From: a virus
Lineage: Duplodnaviria > Caudoviricetes
Length of the DNA: 64,000 nt
Direction: 5' to 3' (one strand)
Virus record (IMG/VR): IMGVR_UViG_3300009111_000005
Location: 23,371 to 87,370 of that record
The notes below the pieces were generated by a model. That model searched no databases. It was not told where the DNA came from and saw only the letters and a list, made by a program, of their open reading frames with translations. Positions 25,231 to 34,864 of the stretch are shown here, piece after piece. Each line of letters starts with the position of its first letter. The first letter of the stretch is position 1. The translations under genes and the position numbers were made by a program.

Positions 25231-25494
25231 CTAACTGATCGCTTCAGCGCCTGACGTCATGATGTCAGGAAGCCAACCGATGGTGGTTCCAATACCGAGT
25301 CCACCGAGAACGTTCTTGAGGAGTGTGCCAGGGTGTTTTCGGGCACGAAGTAGCCCCGCACCTGTTCCGATGATAGCTCCAGCTGCTGTGCCTCCCTTGC
25401 GAATACGTTCTTCGGTTGTGCGTGCAGGCGTGAACGCAGTCTTGGTTAAGCCAAGGTCACGAAGTGCAGTCGCATGTCCGAGCTGGTGAAACAT
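25231..25494 (-). CDS. leader-family Gly-zipper virion protein
   Basis: MFHQLGHATALRDLGLTKTA leader. Confidence 0.75.
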   Translation of the reverse strand: MFHQLGHATALRDLGLTKTAFTPARTTEERIRKGGTAAGAIIGTGAGLLRARKHPGTLLKNVLGGLGIGTTIGWLPDIMTSGAEAIS

Positions 25495-26513
25495 CAGTAG
25501 GGCCTCGTGACCCCTTTGGCGGGGCTGATGTTCTTCAGTACTTGCTGAAGACGCCAGGCGAGGTTGTTTGTCTCAGGGACATCACGCATCAATGCGCCCG
25601 CGTCAGCCGTCTTGATGCGCGCCACACCGAGCTTCGGGGGCATTGCGCCCTCGGGAGGCATCGTGCCCTCCGGGGGCATGCCTGCGCCTTCGGGGCCACC
25701 GGGGGACGCTACCTGCGTGCCCGGGACGGCTTCTTCGGGATTCGAGACTTCTACTTTCGCGCCGGGCTCCGCGGCGAAGATGCTGTTGAGCCCGGTGGGA
25801 TCCTGAGTCGCTTCGGGGGTCACCTTCACGGTAGTCGAGCGTTGACCATCCGGGGTGATCTTCATCTGAAGCCCCTGAAACGTGCCACCGGGCAGCAGCT
25901 GAATCGCTTCTTCCGCGCTCGCGGGTTGCGGTGGCGCTTGCTGTGCTTGGCTGCCTCCACTCCAGTAGTTCGGGTCGCCGAGGGCGGCGTCGGCCTGCTT
26001 GCGGAACTCTTCGAAGGCCATACGCGCGCCCAGGTCACGGGCGTACTTCAAGTATGTGCTGCTCATCGCTTCCTCCGCGATCTTCTTCGGCGTTTCAAAC
26101 GTCGCCTTGACCTTCTTCTCGAACTCTTCGAACGGCATTGTCGTCATCGAGCCGAAGAAGCCGGGTTTGTTGTAGTGTGCGAGGTATGCGCTTTTGGCTG
26201 CATCGGCAGACATGAACCCCAGCATGCACTTGTCTTCATCATACACCTTGAAGTCAGGTGCTTTCATCTGGTGCACGACGTAGACGTTGGGAGCCCGTGT
26301 GTTGGGACCGACGTAGCAGTCTACATGATCCCCGTCGACACCTTCAGTGCGACGGATGTAGCCATACGGCACGCGCATCTTGGTGGTGCCACGCTTGTTT
26401 TCGTGGGGATCGAACCAGTGGCGCAGTTCGCCTTTGTCCGTCTCGACAGAGATGGGCAGGCCGCGAAAGGTGAGGCGGCGAGAGAGTTGACGGCGTGCGA
26501 ACTTCAGGTTCAT
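25494..26513 (-). CDS. putative internal virion protein with an InPase-type (inorganic pyrophosphatase-like) domain
   Basis: FRGLPISVE..KG..R...YGYIRRTEGVDGDHVDCYVGP...DEDKCMLGF...AYLAHY. Confidence 0.75.
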   Translation of the reverse strand: MNLKFARRQLSRRLTFRGLPISVETDKGELRHWFDPHENKRGTTKMRVPYGYIRRTEGVDGDHVDCYVGPNTRAPNVYVVHQMKAPDFKVYDEDKCMLGFMSADAAKSAYLAHYNKPGFFGSMTTMPFEEFEKKVKATFETPKKIAEEAMSSTYLKYARDLGARMAFEEFRKQADAALGDPNYWSGGSQAQQAPPQPASAEEAIQLLPGGTFQGLQMKITPDGQRSTTVKVTPEATQDPTGLNSIFAAEPGAKVEVSNPEEAVPGTQVASPGGPEGAGMPPEGTMPPEGAMPPKLGVARIKTADAGALMRDVPETNNLAWRLQQVLKNISPAKGVTRPY

Positions 26514-26517
26514 CAGG

Positions 26518-27093
26518 TCACTGAAACAAGTTGCTGCTTGCGTTTTGTGCTTGGGACGTTCCGGTATTCGCGTATTCTTTTTTCGGTCCTACGGTTCCTC
26601 CAGGTACCGACCCTGGTACGCTGCCTGTGCCGAGGGGAACCATCTGCACGTCCACTGGCTGTGTTGGACCTTTGTTCGTTGCCAAGGGATTCGGTGATGC
26701 TTTGAACGAGGGAGACGTACTCGGAGCGCCCAGCTGACCCGCGCTCTTGGTGACAGGTGTCGGGAGTAGTTCAGCGGGTGTCCGTGTAGTCGTGGTGATA
26801 GGCGTTACGCCCAGAGCTTCATCCAGTGCTCGCGAACTTACCGTGATGGGTTGTCCGTTAGGGCCCATGAGGCGAACTGACCCTGCGACAGGTCCGGGTT
26901 GGGCTGTGGGTAGTGCTTTTCGAAGTTGGTCCAATCCCTGTCGAAGTTCTCGTTGTTCGAGACGCCGTGTGATGGGTGCAAGAACACGTCGGCTCAACGC
27001 AGGGATATCGACAAGCGCGGGCCACGCGGCATCTTTTTCGAGGCCGAGATCAACGAGTGCGCGATGCGCGCCCTGTGCGTAGAACGGGTTCAC
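26518..27093 (-). CDS. leader-family virion protein
   Basis: MNPFYAQGAHRALVDLGLEKDA leader. Confidence 0.75.
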   Translation of the reverse strand: MNPFYAQGAHRALVDLGLEKDAAWPALVDIPALSRRVLAPITRRLEQRELRQGLDQLRKALPTAQPGPVAGSVRLMGPNGQPITVSSRALDEALGVTPITTTTRTPAELLPTPVTKSAGQLGAPSTSPSFKASPNPLATNKGPTQPVDVQMVPLGTGSVPGSVPGGTVGPKKEYANTGTSQAQNASSNLFQ

Positions 27094-27530
27094 TTTGTTG
27101 GGTCTCCACCGGGTACTGGGCCAGGACTTGCGCTGGGAACTTGACTCGCTTGGAGTCCACCCGGGAAGTCACTCGCCTTGGGCGGTGCAGCTGGTGCAGC
27201 GGGCTTTGGCATCTGCGCAGGTGGTGTTGCGCCGGGCATGCTTCCTGGTTTCGAACCGGGGATGCTTCCTGGTCCTGATGGTGCTGTGGACGGTCCCGGC
27301 ATCGAAGGTGTTGGTTGCGCTTTCGGAGGCTGCATAGGCGCAGAAGAGGGCGTCTGCGGTGCGCGGAACTGGCCACCACCCACCATCTGACCCGCGTTGA
27401 GCTTGGCTCCGAGACTGCCCGGAGGTGGCGCACCCATCGGACCTGGCGCACTCAGCAGAGGCGCAGCTTGTTTGATGAGCCCGAGGGCTGTCAGGGCGTG
27501 GTACCAGCCGAGCTTGACGAAGGTCATCAT
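27090..27530 (-). CDS. leader-family Pro-rich protein
   Basis: MMTFVKLGWYHALTALGLIKQA leader. Confidence 0.75.
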   Translation of the reverse strand: MMTFVKLGWYHALTALGLIKQAAPLLSAPGPMGAPPPGSLGAKLNAGQMVGGGQFRAPQTPSSAPMQPPKAQPTPSMPGPSTAPSGPGSIPGSKPGSMPGATPPAQMPKPAAPAAPPKASDFPGGLQASQVPSASPGPVPGGDPTK

Positions 27531-27536
27531 GGGCTC

Positions 27537-27701
27537 CTAGAGCATCACGCCTTCACGACGAAGCGCATCGACGGTGCTGCTCTTCCCACCTGTGATCGGT
27601 GGTTTGGGTGGCGGAGGCGGTGGTACAGGGGGCGGTGCAGCGGTCTTGAACAGCCCCAGTGTGCGAAGTGCTTCCATCTGGCCTTGTTTGTAGAACTGCA
27701 T
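27537..27701 (-). CDS. leader-family Pro-rich micro-protein (54 aa)
   Basis: MQFYKQGQMEALRTLGLFKTAAPPPVPPP...; GGAG RBS; below the ORF-track cut-off. Confidence 0.75.
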   Translation of the reverse strand: MQFYKQGQMEALRTLGLFKTAAPPPVPPPPPPKPPITGGKSSTVDALRREGVML

Positions 27702-27710
27702 CAGTTGCTC

Positions 27711-28184
27711 CTAGTAAGGCACGCGCGGTGCGGCTACTGTTTGTGCATGGCCGAGATGCCATGCAGGCAGATCGGCGCGGGTGACAGAGGTTACGGGATT
27801 GCTCGCAGACATGGAGGACAATACGGTAGGTCCGCGCAGACTCGCCGTTCCTGAATCAGTGCCGTACACTTTTCCCTGTTCACCGAGTACACGCTCGTAG
27901 TGCTGCTTGGCCTGCGACTTGGCGGCTTGTTCGGCTGCGTTGAGCCCTGGTTCCAGGTGCATTTCGGTCATGAGTTCGGGGGTGCCGGGGCGCGTCAGCG
28001 CTTGGCGAAGGCGACGCGCGCCCGTGACTTGCGGAACCTCAGCGCGGCCAGAGAACTCGGTCAAGCGTTGCATGAAACTCTTGGCCGCAGGAGTCAGCTC
28101 TTTCATGATCGCGGTCGCGGCTTCTTTGCTGAGACCCAGCGAAGCGAACGCGTACCCCTGTCCCTGTGTGTAGAAGATCGTCAT
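27711..28184 (-). CDS. leader-family virion protein
   Basis: MTIFYTQGQGYAFASLGLSKEA leader. Confidence 0.75.
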   Translation of the reverse strand: MTIFYTQGQGYAFASLGLSKEAATAIMKELTPAAKSFMQRLTEFSGRAEVPQVTGARRLRQALTRPGTPELMTEMHLEPGLNAAEQAAKSQAKQHYERVLGEQGKVYGTDSGTASLRGPTVLSSMSASNPVTSVTRADLPAWHLGHAQTVAAPRVPY

Positions 28185-28187
28185 GTT

Positions 28188-28448
28188 CTACATCTTGAGT
28201 GGCGGCATTTTGCCGCTGAGCTGACGTTGAGGAATGCGGAACGGGTTGCGAAACATTCGACTGAGCAACTTGTTCATGTCGAATTTCGGCATCTTCAGTT
28301 TGAAGAGTCGTTTGATCTTCCGGTGAATCTCCATGAAGGGGTTTTTGCGCGCCTTGACGAGGAGCGGCAGCACTTTGGCTTCCTTCACGTAGTGAAGGAG
28401 ACCTAGGTCTGCGAGCGCTTGCTCACGTCCTGCGTCATAGAACGGCAT
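28188..28448 (-). CDS. leader-family basic protein
   Basis: MPFYDAGREQALADLGLLHYVKEA leader. Confidence 0.7.
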   Translation of the reverse strand: MPFYDAGREQALADLGLLHYVKEAKVLPLLVKARKNPFMEIHRKIKRLFKLKMPKFDMNKLLSRMFRNPFRIPQRQLSGKMPPLKM

Positions 28449-28744
28449 CAGTGTGCTCGTTTGAGCGCGTTGATGAGCGCATTGCGAATCGTTGGAGCCC
28501 CCGCGACGGCGAGTCCTGTACCCGCGCCCATGAGCCCACCCCACGCTGACTGTTCCCCAGGATGCTCTGCACCCATGATGAGTCCGGTACCGAGACCTCC
28601 AAGTGCGCCCATGCCTGCTTGAACCGGCATACGTGTCAGGTATTCACCTGCGGGCCCCTCGAGCGTCTTGAGTACACGCGCTTGCATGGCCGGTGGAAGA
28701 CCCAGCGCAGCGAATGCGGTGCGTTGACCAAGCTTGAACATCAT
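28448..28744 (-). CDS. leader-family Gly-zipper protein
   Basis: MMFKLGQRTAFAALGL leader. Confidence 0.75.
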   Translation of the reverse strand: MMFKLGQRTAFAALGLPPAMQARVLKTLEGPAGEYLTRMPVQAGMGALGGLGTGLIMGAEHPGEQSAWGGLMGAGTGLAVAGAPTIRNALINALKRAH

Positions 28745-29313
28745 CAGAGTCCTAGACGACCTCGAAGGTCATCCACAGGAGACTTCTTTTCAGTGGTCAA
28801 GCCAGCAGCGCCTCCACCTGCGAGTCCTCCGAGTGCACCAGAGGCGTATGCAGGGTTGCTCAGAACTTTCATGCGTGGGTTGGCCACGTTTTGTGCAGCT
28901 TGACGGCCAATCGCAACTTCTGCGGCACGGTCGGCGGGAGCGCCGGTGATGCGTTGTACTTCACCCAGATTTTGCCCGATCTGCCGTTCTATCGTCTGAT
29001 TGGCGCGAGAGATGTAGTTCGGGTTGGCGCGTTGGAAAGCCTTTGCTTTGAGACCGCTGTGGGCTCCACCGACGAGGCCACCCGTGAGCGCACCGCCGGC
29101 CATCCCTCGAAGGAATCCCGACCCACCTTCACCTTCGGGTGCCGCAGCGAGGCCGCCCACACCACCCGTTACTGCGCCGGTGATAGCACCTTTGGCAGCG
29201 CCACGTCCCATGGTGCCTACGAGCTGGCGTCCTGCGGTGAGGAGATCGGCATGTTTGATCAGTCCGAGCGCCTCGCACGCGACCTTGACACCTCTTGCGT
29301 AAAACGAAGACAT
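28744..29313 (-). CDS. leader-family Gly-zipper protein
   Basis: MSSFYARGVKVACEALGLIKHA leader; GGxxGG helices. Confidence 0.75.
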   Translation of the reverse strand: MSSFYARGVKVACEALGLIKHADLLTAGRQLVGTMGRGAAKGAITGAVTGGVGGLAAAPEGEGGSGFLRGMAGGALTGGLVGGAHSGLKAKAFQRANPNYISRANQTIERQIGQNLGEVQRITGAPADRAAEVAIGRQAAQNVANPRMKVLSNPAYASGALGGLAGGGAAGLTTEKKSPVDDLRGRLGL

Positions 29314-29315
29314 CG

Positions 29316-30065
29316 TTATCTCCTCATGATGACGTGTTTGAGCGCGCTAGGTACTCCACGCATCTTGCTCATTGCAGCTGCGAACCCTGGTCGCGTTGCT
29401 TCCAGATGATGGACAACATCGGGAAGTTGACTCGCTGCGAGGATGGGTATATCCGCTAGTCCACTGAGGACGGCTGTGCGGGGTCGATCTTCGGGACGTG
29501 GAGCGATGAGCCAACCGATGCCTGCACCTGTACCGACACCGACGGCCATACGCTTGAGCATCTGTGCCGCACCGGGGCTGAGTGCGGTTTTGACCGAACT
29601 TTCCTTCTTGCGTGCAAGAAGGCCCGCGCCCGCGCCAGTGAGCCCTGCGATACCTGCGGCTTCACCGAAAATGCGCTTGAACTGTTCCGCACGGTCCGGG
29701 TTCAACTTTTCGATGACTTTTCCAGCCATCGGCGAATGCACAGAGACACGTGCGGGAATTCTTGAAAGACCACCGCGAATGGCACCGTGTGTTCCCGCTG
29801 CGAGTCCTCCGACGGTGCCTCCGAGAAGAGCGCCACGCAAGAATCCTTTGCCGCGTTGTCCTTCATCGCTGGTTGCAGCGCCAGTGACGCCCCCAGTGAG
29901 AGCCCCAAGAGGTGCAAGGAACGGTGCTGTGCCCAAAAAGTGCGCTGCCGCAGCAGGATTCTTTTTGGTGATGGCCATGATCGCTCGCCGGATAGGACCC
30001 GGTGTCGCGGTCTTTTCGAGACCGAGCACGGTCAAGGCACAGCGTTGTCCTTGCTCGTACATCAC
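29316..30065 (-). CDS. leader-family Gly-zipper protein
   Basis: MMYEQGQRCALTVLGLEKTA leader. Confidence 0.75.
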   Translation of the reverse strand: MMYEQGQRCALTVLGLEKTATPGPIRRAIMAITKKNPAAAAHFLGTAPFLAPLGALTGGVTGAATSDEGQRGKGFLRGALLGGTVGGLAAGTHGAIRGGLSRIPARVSVHSPMAGKVIEKLNPDRAEQFKRIFGEAAGIAGLTGAGAGLLARKKESSVKTALSPGAAQMLKRMAVGVGTGAGIGWLIAPRPEDRPRTAVLSGLADIPILAASQLPDVVHHLEATRPGFAAAMSKMRGVPSALKHVIMRR

Positions 30066-30418
30066 GCGAACGCCATTCCCTTCAGTGTGGCGGGTACGGT
30101 TCCCGTGGAGACTTTGAGCGCTGTGATGACACCATCACCGAAGATGAGCACGAAGCCGGTGCCCGCTTTGATGGTGAGGGCATCGGTGCTCGCGTTGAGC
30201 TTCACCGTGATGTCATTGGTGAGCGCTTGGAGCAGCAAGAACTTTGCACTCGCCATGGGAAGCGCGACGACTTCGTCGGTGACCACACCCGAGTAGACCT
30301 TCTCGATGTGTAGCGCCGAGGCGTACACGAGCGAGGCGGCGAGATTGATCTTTGCCGCTTGCTTGCCGTCTTCGAGAGGCCACTGAATCTCGCCAGTGAA
30401 AGAAAGTGTGCGTGCCAT
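30062..30418 (-). CDS. hypothetical beta-rich virion protein
   Basis: GGAG RBS; 118 aa. Confidence 0.7.
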   Translation of the reverse strand: MARTLSFTGEIQWPLEDGKQAAKINLAASLVYASALHIEKVYSGVVTDEVVALPMASAKFLLLQALTNDITVKLNASTDALTIKAGTGFVLIFGDGVITALKVSTGTVPATLKGMAFA

Positions 30419-30427
30419 CGAGGTCTC

Positions 30428-31276
30428 CTACTCCGCGGCGGTTTGGTAGCCGAGGCGCTCCAGTGCATCGCCAAGGTCTTCATCAGTGGTGGCGCGTCGT
30501 CCCTTGTACGCACCGTATGCACCCCCACCGAGCGTGCCTGCGAGTCCACCGAGACCAAGGCCAAGTGCGCCACCGGTCTCTGCACGGCTTCCACCGTGGT
30601 GCAGACGGCTGAAGAAGCCACGCTCACCCTTGATGGCATCGATGAGCTTGCCGATGCCTGCACCGGTTAGGCCACCGAGCGCGGCGCCACCGAGTCCACC
30701 GCCGATCTGTCCGAGAAGTGCACCACCGCCTGCGCCTGCGCCGCCTGCGAAGCCTTGACCTTCGGGAGAGGAAAGACCCCCGACGAGAGCTGCGGGGATG
30801 GGCCCGAGTGCGCCTGCGATGGGCGTGGCGATGTCAGCGCCTGCGGCGTGTTTGGCGCTGCCTTGTTTTGGCACATCCTCGAGAGCCATCTGTCGGCCCT
30901 TGTGTGCACCGTATGCACCACCACCCAGCGTACCGATGCCACCACCGAGGAGCGTACCCAGGAGCAGCGCTTTCTCGGGATCGACGTCAGCACCGAGTGC
31001 TTTGGCAAGTCGTCCGATTCCGTAGCCTGCGCCCGCGCCAAGACCTGCTCCACCGATTAGACCGCCCCAACCACCTGCGAGACTTCCAATGCCTGCGGCA
31101 GTGCCCGCTTCTGCGCGGTGACCTTTGGGTGCAGTGAGTCCACCCACTACGCCTGCACCCAAGGGCGTGACAGAACCAAGGAGCGGTGTGAGGATTTCGC
31201 CCTTCGCCATCTTCATGAAGTCCGCGTGTGCCGTGCGAGCGCCCATGTCGTAGGCCGTCTTGAGTTGGGGGTGCAT
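30428..31276 (-). CDS. multi-Gly-zipper membrane-associated virion protein
   Basis: AYDMGARTAHADFMKMA leader variant; repeated GGGAYGAxKGR. Confidence 0.75.
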   Translation of the reverse strand: MHPQLKTAYDMGARTAHADFMKMAKGEILTPLLGSVTPLGAGVVGGLTAPKGHRAEAGTAAGIGSLAGGWGGLIGGAGLGAGAGYGIGRLAKALGADVDPEKALLLGTLLGGGIGTLGGGAYGAHKGRQMALEDVPKQGSAKHAAGADIATPIAGALGPIPAALVGGLSSPEGQGFAGGAGAGGGALLGQIGGGLGGAALGGLTGAGIGKLIDAIKGERGFFSRLHHGGSRAETGGALGLGLGGLAGTLGGGAYGAYKGRRATTDEDLGDALERLGYQTAAE

Positions 31277-31290
31277 GCGACTCTTTCCTT

Positions 31291-31947
31291 TCACGAAACG
31301 TTTGCGAGCCGTGCGATAGCGTTCGCTGGTGCAATGCTCGGTGCATCAAAGAACGCGTAGGGCACGACGCGGGGTCCGTCAATGTGGTTGAGTGCGGTAA
31401 GCACGTCATCTTGGAGATGGTCTGCGACGCGCATCAGGGATCGTTTATCCCACGTACCGAAACGTTGGGTATTGCTCATGCGTGTGCGTACCCACGCCAT
31501 GGACCCCATCGCAGATGCGAATTCAGTTCCGCTCGCCGCAGCCGCATTGAAGAGGTTCGTGGTGTTGGTCAAACCGAGAATCCAGACGAGGCGCACAGCG
31601 CACCAGAAGTCCCACGAAGGTGAAGTCCACCATGAAGAAAACGCGGTCTTGATTTGCTGTGCGTGCTGATTCGTGATGAGCGTCCACACGTAGATGTTGG
31701 TCGTAGGATCTTTGAGTGCTGTTTCGTTGTACTTGACACGTGTCGCGTCACGAAGAGGTACTTGCATCAAACCGACAGGTCGGCGACGCAGATCGCGAGT
31801 ACGGGGGTCAATGTCTCCATTCGACTCGGCGACCATGTGCACGATGGCCAGTCCCATCGGAATGGGTCCACGGAAGCGATTGATCACTTCCCGCCACTTG
31901 GCCTCGAGCAGGCGCAGACGCGCCAATGTTACCTGGTAAAACGTCAT
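31291..31947 (-). CDS. lytic transglycosylase (SLT-like)
   Basis: AESNG catalytic Glu, VGLMQV and DPTTNI motifs. Confidence 0.8.
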   Translation of the reverse strand: MTFYQVTLARLRLLEAKWREVINRFRGPIPMGLAIVHMVAESNGDIDPRTRDLRRRPVGLMQVPLRDATRVKYNETALKDPTTNIYVWTLITNQHAQQIKTAFSSWWTSPSWDFWCAVRLVWILGLTNTTNLFNAAAASGTEFASAMGSMAWVRTRMSNTQRFGTWDKRSLMRVADHLQDDVLTALNHIDGPRVVPYAFFDAPSIAPANAIARLANVS

Positions 31948-32369
31948 TTGCTGCGCGCGATTTGTCCCAGCGTGCGGATGATGCTGACGCTGCTCGTTTT
32001 CACTGCTTCTTCGACGCCTGGAACGTATCCGTGCCCAACAGTTTCGCCGGGGTGCAACAGCGATTCGTAGCGTTTGCCTTTTCGTCCCAGCATGTCGAGT
32101 TCCCAACTTCCTGCGGGAGCTACGAATGGTTTGGGACCAGCACCACGTAGTGCTTGGCCTATGCGTCGGCCAGCACCTCGAAGCAGCATCGCACCGGTAA
32201 GGCCGCCAGCAACCAGTCCAGCTGGCAGCAACCAGTTCGAAGACTGGGATGTGGGTTCCGTAGGCGTGACGCCTGGCAGATACCCGAGTTGCCCGAGGTC
32301 CGGGTTGTCGAGGGCCTGTTCGTAGCCCCCGTAATCGTATTGCGACGGCATCTGTGCGGTCTTGGTCAT
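31944..32369 (-). CDS. hypothetical virion protein with one hydrophobic helix
   Basis: Preceded by a late-promoter motif; MTKTA start. Confidence 0.7.
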   Translation of the reverse strand: MTKTAQMPSQYDYGGYEQALDNPDLGQLGYLPGVTPTEPTSQSSNWLLPAGLVAGGLTGAMLLRGAGRRIGQALRGAGPKPFVAPAGSWELDMLGRKGKRYESLLHPGETVGHGYVPGVEEAVKTSSVSIIRTLGQIARSK

Positions 32370-32386
32370 CCCGAATTTCCTGCTGC

Positions 32387-32395
32387 AATTATAGG
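32387..32395 (-). promoter_or_regulatory. putative late promoter CCTATAATT
   Basis: Identical motif at 38393 and 44662, each intergenic and upstream of a virion gene. Confidence 0.65.
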
Positions 32396-32403
32396 CGATT
32401 ACC

Positions 32404-34173
32404 CTACGGATCGAAAGGCACGTTGGCTGTGCTATTCGAGGCGTCGACAGGGTTCATCTGATCGTCGAAGGTCTTCTTGCTGACGGTGCTTTCAGGGGGT
32501 GTCCCTGGTTTCATGTCGTCGCCAAAGACAGTGTCTTCCAGAGAACTCAACAGGTTGTCGATGCTGTCGAGAGCGTCTTCGAAGGGTGTATTCCCTGAGC
32601 CCGCACCGAAGATGAGTTCGAGTAGTGCTTTGGTGGATGCGAACTCTGCGGGGTTGGGTGCACCGAGCAGTAGCACGATGCCAGCGGTAAAGCCCGTACG
32701 GAAGAAGGGTGGTGCGGTGTCGTCGCTGGTGTCCGTGAGGCGAGTAGTCAGTGTGCGCAGAAAGGTGTCTACGCCACCGCTCGCTTCATCGATGGATGTC
32801 ACATAAATACCCGCGGCAGGCAACGATAGAAGCGTGGAGAGCTTCGCGACTTTTGCATTGATCTCGTCTGCGAAATCTTGATAGCGCGTGAGTTCAGCGG
32901 TGAGAAATTTGATGTAGCTCTGGAGAGCTGCGTTGGCACCCAACGTGAAATCACCGAGGGAAGCAATACGCGCTTGTAACATGGCCATGAAGAACTTCAG
33001 ATCAGGAATGAGATCGAGCACACTGGGGTGAGAAATCCAGTCGGGCTTCACGCCCCCGCGCGTCGAAGGTAACGTGGTTTCTATCCGTGCACTGACAACG
33101 TTGCTGATCTGCGTGTACTTTTGAAGCGTGTACTCCGGTTCCTTTTTGCCTTGTGGGTCTTCTGCAAGCGAATACCGAAACGCGACGGTGTAGTAGTACG
33201 TGGTGTCTTTGACCAGTGAAGCGTCGTCGTCGATATACGCGTTGATCACACCGTTGAAGCGAAACTGTTTGATGAGTACGGTCTTCTTATCCGCAGATGT
33301 GAGGGCGTTGCTGACTTCCGTTTGTTCACGGGTCAACTCGGCGGGTTGAGAGCCCCCAAAGATTGCCGTCCAGTCTTTCGCATTCATGATCTCGTCATTC
33401 GTAGATCGAATGACCGCAACTTCTTCAAGACGAATGCGTGCACCGTCAAATTCAGCAAGGACTTGCAGCGTCGGTGGATTGCCCCACTTCAACTGCATCC
33501 CTACACGTACCGAGTTTGGTGCTGCGATGGGTGTTACGCTCAAATCTTGTGGTGTTTTGGTGATGGTGTTGGGGATGAGTGGATTGCCCTTCAGAGCGGT
33601 TCCGAGCAGGCCTTGGATGGCACGCAAGAGGTCGTAGACACCCACGACCGATTGGGCACCACAGAGAATGACTGTGGCGTGTATAGCTTCGGTTTCACCA
33701 TACCTGGGTGCGTTGGGATCATCGGGATCGTAGGTTGCTTCGATGACTGTACGTCCGAAACCTTCGTTGCCTTGGTCGTAGTGCCCTACACGTTCGAGCG
33801 CCTGTTGAAGCGCGGTCTTGGTTTCGTCACTGATCGTTTCATCGATGACCCATGAGTCTTCTTCATGAGGCATCGTGAGAGGATCCGCCATGTTGTCAGG
33901 CAACCGTTTGCGCAACGGCACCACGAGCATATGCAGCCGGGCATCGACCTTGATGTACTTGTTGAGCAGTTCTTCGAGAATGGCCAAGGCAGCCTTGATC
34001 GCGAGCGCTTGAGGGTTCAACAGGTCGATGGCAAGCGCAGAAATGATCTGAAGGATGCTTTTTTGAATGCTGATGAGTGTGGCGATGGTGCTCGTGACAG
34101 TAGCGATCCCCGACGCAACTTGTTTGAGGGGTTCCAGGGGGGCTTTGATCGAAAGGTTTGTCCAGTTGCCCAT
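32404..34173 (-). CDS. putative baseplate/tail structural protein
   Basis: 589 aa; FN3-like WGNPP..TYYYTVAF segment; lies in the virion module. Confidence 0.55.
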   Translation of the reverse strand: MGNWTNLSIKAPLEPLKQVASGIATVTSTIATLISIQKSILQIISALAIDLLNPQALAIKAALAILEELLNKYIKVDARLHMLVVPLRKRLPDNMADPLTMPHEEDSWVIDETISDETKTALQQALERVGHYDQGNEGFGRTVIEATYDPDDPNAPRYGETEAIHATVILCGAQSVVGVYDLLRAIQGLLGTALKGNPLIPNTITKTPQDLSVTPIAAPNSVRVGMQLKWGNPPTLQVLAEFDGARIRLEEVAVIRSTNDEIMNAKDWTAIFGGSQPAELTREQTEVSNALTSADKKTVLIKQFRFNGVINAYIDDDASLVKDTTYYYTVAFRYSLAEDPQGKKEPEYTLQKYTQISNVVSARIETTLPSTRGGVKPDWISHPSVLDLIPDLKFFMAMLQARIASLGDFTLGANAALQSYIKFLTAELTRYQDFADEINAKVAKLSTLLSLPAAGIYVTSIDEASGGVDTFLRTLTTRLTDTSDDTAPPFFRTGFTAGIVLLLGAPNPAEFASTKALLELIFGAGSGNTPFEDALDSIDNLLSSLEDTVFGDDMKPGTPPESTVSKKTFDDQMNPVDASNSTANVPFDP

Positions 34174-34397
34174 CAGAGGTCCTTCAGCGCCTTACGCGCT
34201 TCGCTGAATACGCTTTTCATTTGTTCAAGTTGGGCTTTTCCGTCGGGGTGTTTTTGCAGTGCGGGTACATGGATTTGTACCATGCGTTCCAAACCCGCGA
34301 GACGTTGCGCTACAACGAGTCGTTGGGCTCGCAATACGAGCTTGGAAAGGCGTTCAACGAGTCGATGTGCCCCCTCGAGTGGCTGCCATTGTCCCAT
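34173..34397 (-). CDS. small helical hypothetical protein
   Basis: TGATG coupling to the next gene. Confidence 0.6.
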   Translation of the reverse strand: MGQWQPLEGAHRLVERLSKLVLRAQRLVVAQRLAGLERMVQIHVPALQKHPDGKAQLEQMKSVFSEARKALKDL

Positions 34398-34560
34398 GGC
34401 CCAGTCTACCTTAAAAAAAGGGCGTTCGTCCTGGTATAAGAATATGTTCCCCTAGAGCCATAGTTCCAAGAAACGTCTTGTGGCGTGACTTGGAGGCTAC
34501 GCGAGCCAGCGCGTGGGAGCAAACCTGGTAGTGGCCTCTTCCACGCAAGGAGGATACCCA

Positions 34561-34764
34561 ATGCTGTTCAAGAAGAAGCCGCCGCGCTATGCCGGTCTCC
34601 GCGCTGCCGCGGGGACGGTGGCAGTTGGGGCGCTTCTCGAGGTGGGTGCGCTGTTCGTGCGCGCCGTCTCGGAGGCGTACCACAACTGGTCGGAGCGGAA
34701 GGCGCTCGAGCGCGCCAGCCGCAAGGCCGCCACCGCGCAGCCGCAGTACCGCGCCAACGTGTAG
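34561..34764 (+). CDS. small protein with a hydrophobic helix
   Basis: AAGGAGG RBS; promoter motif at 34412-34440. Confidence 0.75.
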   Translation: MLFKKKPPRYAGLRAAAGTVAVGALLEVGALFVRAVSEAYHNWSERKALERASRKAATAQPQYRANV

Positions 34765-34864
34765 TTCCACGGCGCAGTCCCCGCCCGTTCTGGGCAAAGC
34801 AGTACAACTCCAAACTAAAAGCCCGGGGGTTCTCCCTGTGCTTTTACGTGAAAGGAGGTTCGTG

